A DNA stretch of 64,000 nucleotides from Bacteroidales bacterium (lineage in GTDB: Bacteria > Bacteroidota > Bacteroidia > Bacteroidales > GCA-2748055): assembly GCA_030673645.1 (NCBI GenBank), contig DAOVIO010000001.1, positions 35,507 through 99,506 of the forward strand, read 5' to 3'. Shown one piece after another: positions 57,304-64,000 of this stretch. The notes beneath the pieces are model-generated. The model ran no database searches. It saw only the letters and a program-made list of their open reading frames with translations, and was not told the origin of the DNA. The stretch's first letter is position 1. Each line of letters opens with the position of its first letter. Both the position numbers and the translations under genes were made by a program.

Positions 57304-59652
57304 TTATTTTAATTCGTTCAGGAAAGTTATCAATTGCTGGTAATTTGGATCCTTGGGATAATATTCTATCAGTTTAGAAGCGTAATTTTCTGCATCTGCT
57401 CTGTTTTCCTGTTCAATGTTCAGGGTTGTCAGAATGTACAATATTTCGCGGTCGTAGGGATGATCCTTTAATGCTGATACAAGGAAAGCAATAGCCTTAT
57501 CTGGTTGTTGCATGGAGTTCAGGCCTATTCCATATACATAGCTATAATGAGCTTCTTCAGGTGCAAGAATGGCTGCATTTTTGAGATATTTCATGGCTTC
57601 AGTATGTTTCTCCTGTCTGATTTTCAATAATCCGAGAGCGTAATGAATTGCAGCAAGTTCAGGGTATCTTTCAAGGGCGCTTTTCAGAAGTTTTTCCCCC
57701 TCATCATCTTTCTTTAACCTTCGATACAGATCAGCCAGGTTAATATATGCAGTGACCAGTCCCGGTTCAATTCTGATGGCTTCCCGATAGGATGCTTCAG
57801 CTTTTGCAATGTCGCCCAGGTTAAGATAGAGATTCCCGAAGTTAACGTGCGTATTGGGGTGATCCGCATTGATCATCAAAGATTTTTTATACTCATCCAG
57901 ATTCCGCTTATATAACTCTCTCTTATCAGCAGGTATTTCATCCTGGGAAAAACGGGTTAGTGCATATGCCGCCATTATTCTTACAAGACGTATCGGATCA
58001 TCGAGGCTGTTTAGTATCAGCTGAATGGTACTGCTAACTCCAGAATTATGGATTACAGTGAGTGTAGAATGCCTGATAAGTGGATCTTTATCTTTTATTG
58101 TTTTTGTGAATAACTGATCAATTGATTGATCTGTATAGTTGCCAAGAAGTGAAATTGCCGTAGCTCTCACCATAGGCGCATTCTCAATATTATCGGCCAA
58201 CTTAATAAGTTTGGGTAGTGCTTCCGGATAAGCTTTCCGTCCGGCCCAAAAAACTTCACCATAGTGTTCTTTGTTGAAGATCCGGTCTCCATACCATTTA
58301 GTCATATAATCTGCTGACCATTGGTTGCTCGAATCTGTGTGACATTGATTGCAGGCATTGGGTGTGCCGAGCTTGTCGGAGAGATCGGGTCTGGGAATTC
58401 TTATGCTATGATCTCTTCTGGGGTCAAGTATCATGTAAGTTCTTTCATGCATGTGACATTCAGCACAACTTGCTCCTTCTTTAGCCGGATCATGAAAGTG
58501 GTGTTGACGTGTGCCATACTCTGTTGCTATATGACAACGGTAGCACAATGCATTTCCATCAACATATACCTTCCCGCTATGCGGTTCATGACAATCTTTA
58601 CATACCACCCCCGATTGGTACATCTTACTTTGCAAAAATGAACCATATACATACACCTCATCCTGGATTTGTCCATCGGCAAAATATGATCCCTCGTCTA
58701 ACAGTGAGGGCCAGTGAGTTTCAAGTAGAGAGCCTCCGTGGTAATACTCTTCGGTGATAACCGACCGACGTGAATGACACCTGGCACACATCTGTACTAG
58801 TTCATCTGATTCCCTGGGAACGGATCTTCGGGCTGTTGTAGAGTCGGGGTCAAATACCCAGGTGGCATTGTCGGTATCCTTTAACCGTACTACGAGGCCA
58901 AGATCAGGATAGACATCGGGACTGGCACCTTCATCCACTTTATTGGCCCAGTCTACATGTGTCGATCCGGGACCATGACAGGATTCGCAAGAGACATCAA
59001 TTTCATTCCATGTTGTATTGTAACTCCTGGTCTCAAAATCGTAATCTTTTTTTACGTTAGTAGAATGACATTCAGAGCACATATAATTCCAGTTATGTGC
59101 GGTATGGGTCCAGAAGAGGATGTCATCTGAAGGGATTCTTTCATCATTATAGAGATGAAACCATCGCTGACCTCCCTCATCTTTTGGGCGTGTATCCCAT
59201 GCAATAGAAAGACACTGGTAAGCTCCTTTTGGGAATTTAATAAGATATTGTTGTAGTGGTTTGATCCCAAAGGTGTAGGAGATCTCAAATTCTGTCATCT
59301 CTCCATCGGGACCCTCAGTATATACATAATAGCTGTTTTCTTTTTTGTAAAATCTGGAAGTTACACCAAAATGGGTGAAAGAGATATTATTGAAATCACC
59401 CAGAACAGTTGATTCATTTGCCTCATCCATGGCCATATCATGATCAGAATGCTGGAACAGGCTATGCTCCTTCTTATGACATTCGGCACAGTCCTGACGA
59501 CCCACATATTCATGCTTTAATTCAGTCTTTTGCAAACTTATGTCATTGCTGCCATCTTTATTGTTAGTATTACAACTGAATAACAATATTGTTGAGAAAA
59601 GAATTATTATTGAAGAATAGAGAGATATTTTGAGAAATTGTTTCATGATCAT
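57304..59652 (-). CDS. Octahaem c-type cytochrome (cytochrome c554-like multihaem region) fused to HEAT/TPR repeats, lipoprotein
   Basis: The lipobox is 'LLFSC'. Eight CxxCH motifs are present: CAECH, CSECH, CESCH, CARCH, CKDCH, CYRCH, CAECH, CNQCH. The C-terminal half is TPR-like ('AEASYREAIRIEPGLVTAYINLADLY', 'AIHYALGLLK...'). Confidence 0.8.
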   Translation of the reverse strand: MIMKQFLKISLYSSIIILFSTILLFSCNTNNKDGSNDISLQKTELKHEYVGRQDCAECHKKEHSLFQHSDHDMAMDEANESTVLGDFNNISFTHFGVTSRFYKKENSYYVYTEGPDGEMTEFEISYTFGIKPLQQYLIKFPKGAYQCLSIAWDTRPKDEGGQRWFHLYNDERIPSDDILFWTHTAHNWNYMCSECHSTNVKKDYDFETRSYNTTWNEIDVSCESCHGPGSTHVDWANKVDEGASPDVYPDLGLVVRLKDTDNATWVFDPDSTTARRSVPRESDELVQMCARCHSRRSVITEEYYHGGSLLETHWPSLLDEGSYFADGQIQDEVYVYGSFLQSKMYQSGVVCKDCHEPHSGKVYVDGNALCYRCHIATEYGTRQHHFHDPAKEGASCAECHMHERTYMILDPRRDHSIRIPRPDLSDKLGTPNACNQCHTDSSNQWSADYMTKWYGDRIFNKEHYGEVFWAGRKAYPEALPKLIKLADNIENAPMVRATAISLLGNYTDQSIDQLFTKTIKDKDPLIRHSTLTVIHNSGVSSTIQLILNSLDDPIRLVRIMAAYALTRFSQDEIPADKRELYKRNLDEYKKSLMINADHPNTHVNFGNLYLNLGDIAKAEASYREAIRIEPGLVTAYINLADLYRRLKKDDEGEKLLKSALERYPELAAIHYALGLLKIRQEKHTEAMKYLKNAAILAPEEAHYSYVYGIGLNSMQQPDKAIAFLVSALKDHPYDREILYILTTLNIEQENRADAENYASKLIEYYPKDPNYQQLITFLNELK

Positions 59653-59962
59653 TGAAATATTATCAGAATAAAATATCCAACCCCGGCAGGGTAAATGAGT
59701 TTATTTAATGTAAGTTTATAGTTCAGAGCTTCAGTGAACTATATAAAATAGAAAATTATTAATATTCGTAATTTTCACTCCATCCCCTATTTCCCACAGC
59801 CCAAAACCTACATTAATTATCCTGAGTACACTGGTTAAAACTGTTTTTACAATGCCAAATTTATATAAAAATCATAAAATATTCCTCTGAAAGTGGTTAA
59901 TTTAAAAAGAATCTTGATAAATTTATCGATCATAAATCTTCAACATTTTATTGATCTATTTT

Positions 59963-60403
59963 ATGGAGCGCAGAAAGTTTTTTAAAAAATTGTCCATTAT
60001 TCTGGCATCTATTGCAGGAACAGCTGTAGGAGTGAGTTTTGTCAGGATTTTTTTATTCAATGGTATGGGGAGGAGACTGAAAATAAAACTTGGTAAACCT
60101 TCCGAATACCCGGTGGATACATACACGCTGATCAAGGATGAAGATATATTCTTGTACCGGGATCATGAGGGATTGAAGGCTGTTTCATCGGTTTGTACCC
60201 ATTTAGGGTGTACTGTTCACAGAACAGCAGATGGATTTGAATGTCCCTGTCATGGATCCTGTTTTTCAGATAAGGGAGAGGTGTTGTCTGGCCCCGCACC
60301 TCAACCACTAAACTGGTACCAGGTTGAGAAAACTCCGGATGGGAAGGTACAGGTTGATATGAATTCCATCACTGATGCTGATCAAACTTTTTCACTTAGT
60401 TAA
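59963..60403 (+). CDS. Rieske [2Fe-2S] subunit of a Rieske/cytochrome b complex
   Basis: Has the Tat-like motif 'MERRKFFKKL', a TM anchor, and cluster boxes 'CTHLGC' and 'CPCHGS'. The track starts at TTG 59951. Confidence 0.85.
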   Translation: MERRKFFKKLSIILASIAGTAVGVSFVRIFLFNGMGRRLKIKLGKPSEYPVDTYTLIKDEDIFLYRDHEGLKAVSSVCTHLGCTVHRTADGFECPCHGSCFSDKGEVLSGPAPQPLNWYQVEKTPDGKVQVDMNSITDADQTFSLS

Positions 60404-60422
60404 TATCCGATTTTTAAAGTAG

Positions 60423-61793
60423 ATGGAGTTAAAAGAGGAACATACAATTATTAAAAAGGAGAAGGAGAATTACCGTAGAAGAAGAGTAGGTCGTGTAACA
60501 CAAAATTTCTTCCTCCATATTCACTCTGTCAGGGTTCATCCACACTCTTTAAAACCAACTTATACATTTGGATTGGGTGTTATTCTGGGCTTTTTGTTCC
60601 TTATCATGATCTTCTCAGGAGTGATGTTAATGCTCTATTATACTCCATCTGTTGAACATGCATATAATTCAGTAAAAGATATTGTTTACACGGTTCCTGG
60701 GGGGAGGATCCTAAGAAATATGCATCGCTTAGGGGCAAATGGGATGGTAATTGTTGTATTCCTTCATCTCCTGAGGGTGTTTTATACAGGCGCATATCTC
60801 GGAAATCGGAAATTGAATTGGATTATTGGCGTTGTTATGTTTGTGGTTGTTCTGATTATGGGTTTTAGTGGATACCTTTTACCCTGGGATCAACTCTCAT
60901 ACTGGGCAGTTATAATTGGTTCAAATATTGCCGCTTCTGCACGTGAATTGACAGATCTATTGGGTATTACATCATTTTTTGATGTTGGAGGATTTCTGAA
61001 AAGAATATTGATTGGAGGGGAGGATGTCGGACAAGCTGCATTGACCCGGTTTTTTATGTTGCATGTGATCTTTCTGCCTTTATCACTGCTGGTGCTTACT
61101 GCTGTGCATTTATGGCGTATAAGGAAAGATGGAGGGTTAAATCGTCCCGTTGAAGATGAGTCCAGTGGTAAAGCAGATGAGAAAAAATGGTATTCATGGC
61201 CACTGGTTTTTTGGATAGAACTGGCAATCTTACTTGGAGTCATAACATTATTGCTGGCTCTCTCCTTTTTTATTGAAGCACCTTTGCTGGAGCAGGCAAA
61301 TCCTGCTCATCCGGAGAACCCTGCAAAATCACCCTGGTACTTTCTGGGAATACAGGAGCTGGTATCTTATTCCGCTTTTGCCGGAGGACTGTTTGTGCCG
61401 CTTATATTCCTGATCTTCTTATTCTCAATACCATATAAAGACAGAGAAGATCGTTTTGCAGGCAAGTGGTTTTCCAGTGGCAAGGGAGTAAAGATTGCTT
61501 TTTATTCCGGATTGTTATCCATCGGAGTTGTAATTTCACAGGTATTTGTACATGTAAGATTTGGATGGCTAAGGGATTGGTTTCCAGGTATATCGCAATG
61601 GTTTGTAATGTTTATTAATCCTGCTACGCTGACGGTTTTGATATTTATCATATATGCGATCGTGATTAGAAGAAGAACCAATTCAACAAGATTGTCAGCT
61701 ATAGCATTATTCACAGTTTCAATCGTTGCATTAATAATATTTACAGTGATAGGGATCTGGTTCAGGCAAGCGAATTGGGAATTTGTTTTGTAG
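60423..61793 (+). CDS. Cytochrome b (fused b6-like N-terminal part plus subunit-IV-like C-terminal part, extra C-terminal TM helices)
   Basis: The helix-B His pair is 'NMHRLGANGMVIVVFLH' and the helix-D His pair is 'MLHVIFLPLSLLVLTAVH'. It also has 'LPWDQLSYWA' and the Qo-region 'SPWYFLGIQEL'. Confidence 0.85.
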   Translation: MELKEEHTIIKKEKENYRRRRVGRVTQNFFLHIHSVRVHPHSLKPTYTFGLGVILGFLFLIMIFSGVMLMLYYTPSVEHAYNSVKDIVYTVPGGRILRNMHRLGANGMVIVVFLHLLRVFYTGAYLGNRKLNWIIGVVMFVVVLIMGFSGYLLPWDQLSYWAVIIGSNIAASARELTDLLGITSFFDVGGFLKRILIGGEDVGQAALTRFFMLHVIFLPLSLLVLTAVHLWRIRKDGGLNRPVEDESSGKADEKKWYSWPLVFWIELAILLGVITLLLALSFFIEAPLLEQANPAHPENPAKSPWYFLGIQELVSYSAFAGGLFVPLIFLIFLFSIPYKDREDRFAGKWFSSGKGVKIAFYSGLLSIGVVISQVFVHVRFGWLRDWFPGISQWFVMFINPATLTVLIFIIYAIVIRRRTNSTRLSAIALFTVSIVALIIFTVIGIWFRQANWEFVL

Positions 61794-61826
61794 AGACGTA
61801 TACCAGTTTTTTGCAAATAAATATAT

Positions 61827-63869
61827 ATGCAATTAATGAACGAAGGGAAATATATACGGAAGTATCAAATAGCAGTGATCATAGCTTCGTCTCTGCTGAT
61901 TCTCCTATTGTTTTTCGCATGGATAATTTCCGGTCCCGGACTAGAGTGGAGGGGTGTGCAAAAACAGTATATGGAAATAATTGATAGTATGTCAGATTCT
62001 CTTCCAGAAGTTTCTCTTGCCTTACAGGAAAAAGGTATTTATCAATATGAGCTAACAGATCTGGGTCGTAAAGACAGGTGTGTCACTTGTCATATTGGTA
62101 TTGAGAATCCATATATGAAAGATTCTCCTCAGCCGTACAGATCACATCCGGGCAATTACCTGACTGATCATCCGCCTGAAAAATATGGCTGTACAATTTG
62201 TCATGGAGGTCAGGGAAGAGCACTTAAAAAGAAGGATGCATTTGGTCAGGATCCGGAAACTCATTGGAATGAACCTGTACTAACCGATCCCTATCTGGAA
62301 TCATCCTGTGGCAAATGTCATCTCTCAATTTATAATGAGAAGGTAGAACTGGCCGGAACAGATATTTTTCAAAAAGGTCAGGAGATATTTAATAGGGAAG
62401 GATGCCTGGGGTGCCATAAGGCCAGGGGAATGGGAGGGATTGTTGGCCCTGACCTTACCGAGCAGGGAGAAAAAACCAAACACGATTACAGTTTTCAGAA
62501 TATTCAGGGAGATCAAACTATTTCCAACTGGCTGAAAGAGCATTTTAAAGATCCTGAAATGGTCTCTCCCGGATCACAGATGCTAAAAATTGACCTTCCA
62601 GATGAAGATCTTGAGGCCCTGGCCACTTTTGTATTAGGACTGGCAAAGCCAGAGATATCTTTTGAATATTTTTCACTTGAAGCCTTGAGTGAATTCAAAG
62701 GAGAGAGGGATCTGCTTTCTGCTGACCTGTTATTTTCGCTCTCCTGCACCGGTTGTCATGGTAAAGATGGCACAGGTAAAAGTTATGCTGAATATAAAAC
62801 AGGTGTGCCAGCCATTATGAGCCAGGATTTCAGAAGAGTGGCTTCAGAGGATTTTATTCGATTCACCATGCAGAAGGGTAGAAGCAGGAGGCAAATGTCA
62901 TCATGGATGGAGAGTGTATCAGGAATGAAAGAGGAGGAGATAGATGCGTTGGCAAGGATGTTAAATCAAACTCAGGAGGAAGCTGATAAACAGTTTGATC
63001 ACCTTTTATATAACAAGTTGTCTGCTTCATCGGGGGAGAAGATCTTTGAGCAAAATTGTGTCACTTGTCACGGGGAAAAAGGGAGAGGAGGCATTGCACT
63101 TTCATTGAATAGGGTCGATTTACTTTCTTACGCTTCCAATACTTATTTATTTAATACATTGCTTAGAGGAAGAGGAAATACAGGTATGCCTTCATGGACG
63201 ATATTAACCAATGAGGGTATGCTTAGTGTTGTGAAATATATCAGGACCTGGTATCCATATTCACCACAAAATATATCGGTGATTGCTCAGGATTCTGATC
63301 CTGTGGCTGGTGGTCTCAAATACCATTATTTATGCTCCAGATGCCATGGTGAGTCTGGTCAGAGTCAGACCGGTCCAGCTATTATCAATAAAGATTTTAT
63401 GGATGTAGTTGCAGATGCATTTCTATATCAGACCATTGCTAATGGACGGAGTCATACAGCGATGTTTGGCTGGAGTACTGATGTATATAATGATGAGCGA
63501 TTGGAGAGAAATGATATAGGAAACATCATCTCTTTTTTGCGAGCTGAATCAAGCGAAAAACTTGGTTATATTTTTGCCGGAGCGAATCCCGGAAACAAAG
63601 AGGATGGAAGGACTCTTTTTGAGAGGCATTGTTCTGAATGTCATGGGATTGATGGTGAGGGGGTAAAGGCTCCTGCCTTGAATAACCAGGAGTTACTTAG
63701 TGCAGCTTCCAATGGTTATATTCTTGCAACACTTACAATTGGAAGGGAGGGAACGGAAATGCCCCGTTGGGGAAATGAGGAGAAAGGTCATCCGATGCTA
63801 AAAGACAGGGAGCGAGTTGATATTGTCGCTTATGTCAGGTCGTGGCAGAGGATAAGTATTAAGAATTAG
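61827..63869 (+). CDS. Membrane-anchored octahaem c-type cytochrome (N-terminal trihaem module plus five class-I-like monohaem modules)
   Basis: It has an N-terminal TM helix. Eight CxxCH motifs are present: CVTCH, CTICH, CGKCH, CLGCH, CTGCH, CVTCH, CSRCH, CSECH. The last five sit in 'C..CHG..G.G' contexts with downstream Met residues. Confidence 0.8.
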   Translation: MQLMNEGKYIRKYQIAVIIASSLLILLLFFAWIISGPGLEWRGVQKQYMEIIDSMSDSLPEVSLALQEKGIYQYELTDLGRKDRCVTCHIGIENPYMKDSPQPYRSHPGNYLTDHPPEKYGCTICHGGQGRALKKKDAFGQDPETHWNEPVLTDPYLESSCGKCHLSIYNEKVELAGTDIFQKGQEIFNREGCLGCHKARGMGGIVGPDLTEQGEKTKHDYSFQNIQGDQTISNWLKEHFKDPEMVSPGSQMLKIDLPDEDLEALATFVLGLAKPEISFEYFSLEALSEFKGERDLLSADLLFSLSCTGCHGKDGTGKSYAEYKTGVPAIMSQDFRRVASEDFIRFTMQKGRSRRQMSSWMESVSGMKEEEIDALARMLNQTQEEADKQFDHLLYNKLSASSGEKIFEQNCVTCHGEKGRGGIALSLNRVDLLSYASNTYLFNTLLRGRGNTGMPSWTILTNEGMLSVVKYIRTWYPYSPQNISVIAQDSDPVAGGLKYHYLCSRCHGESGQSQTGPAIINKDFMDVVADAFLYQTIANGRSHTAMFGWSTDVYNDERLERNDIGNIISFLRAESSEKLGYIFAGANPGNKEDGRTLFERHCSECHGIDGEGVKAPALNNQELLSAASNGYILATLTIGREGTEMPRWGNEEKGHPMLKDRERVDIVAYVRSWQRISIKN

Positions 63870-64000
63870 TTGGATATTTTAGTTTTTCAATATTTTTTTT
63901 GGCGTTTTATAAAAAGAGTTAAATCTTATGTTGTAAGAACAGTCTTTGTAGCTTTGCCGGGACTTATATTTAGTCTGACCTCCCTGTTCTGTTCTTGTGA

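Noticed and set aside
63900-64000. Possible start of another lipoprotein gene at the window edge ('...RTVFVALPGLIFSLTSLFCSC')
   Set aside because: The frame has no ATG, GTG or TTG start before the hydrophobic segment, and the window ends after about 30 codons. It cannot be supported.
1-64000. CRISPR arrays, tRNA/rRNA genes, intact transposases or prophage, toxin-antitoxin or defence-system genes
   Set aside because: I found no direct-repeat/spacer pattern, no tRNA-like T-arm or acceptor structures in the intergenic regions, and no recognisable defence or transposase proteins. The only mobile-element trace is the decayed recombinase fragment.

Overview
AT-rich window that looks Bacteroidota-type. 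The basis is two SusC/SusD pairs, many lipoprotein signal peptides ending in Cys, and five proteins ending in T9SS type-A C-terminal sorting domains ('YPNP...' tails). It divides into four blocks. (1) 337-4531: an AraC regulator, a sodium:solute symporter and a cytoplasmic GH130 enzyme. (2) 4621-35637: a co-directional enzyme battery with nine S1 (formylglycine) sulfatases. They are interleaved with five clan GH-A-like TIM-barrel enzymes that I cannot place in a well-known GH family. Three of the five are paralogues of one family, and one of those is fused to 6 FN3 domains, a PA14 domain and a T9SS CTD. The battery also holds a secreted sulfatase-FN3x3-CTD fusion, a signal-peptide-bearing xylose-isomerase-like TIM-barrel protein and an unknown T9SS cargo protein. 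(3) 36129-56342: an oppositely oriented 1317-aa lamin-tail/cadherin-like/PKD T9SS protein, a ~940 bp non-coding gap, then a 7-gene operon FAS1-SusC-SusD-FAS1-FAS1-SusC-SusD with no enzymes and no regulator. (4) 56.3-64 kb: a decayed serine-recombinase fragment with inverted repeats, then a respiratory cluster. That cluster has a divergent octahaem cytochrome-TPR lipoprotein, a Rieske protein, a fused b6-type cytochrome b and a membrane-anchored octahaem cytochrome c. I saw no rRNA, tRNA or CRISPR array. My best candidate for an undescribed system is the sulfatase battery built around the three-copy unassigned GH-A-like family with its T9SS-secreted modular members. It is probably served by the fasciclin-decorated tandem SusCD transporter, and the substrate is a sulfated glycan I cannot name from sequence. 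The Rieske/cytochrome b/multihaem cluster is a second, independent candidate. All functional calls rest on motif recognition by eye; no searches were run.
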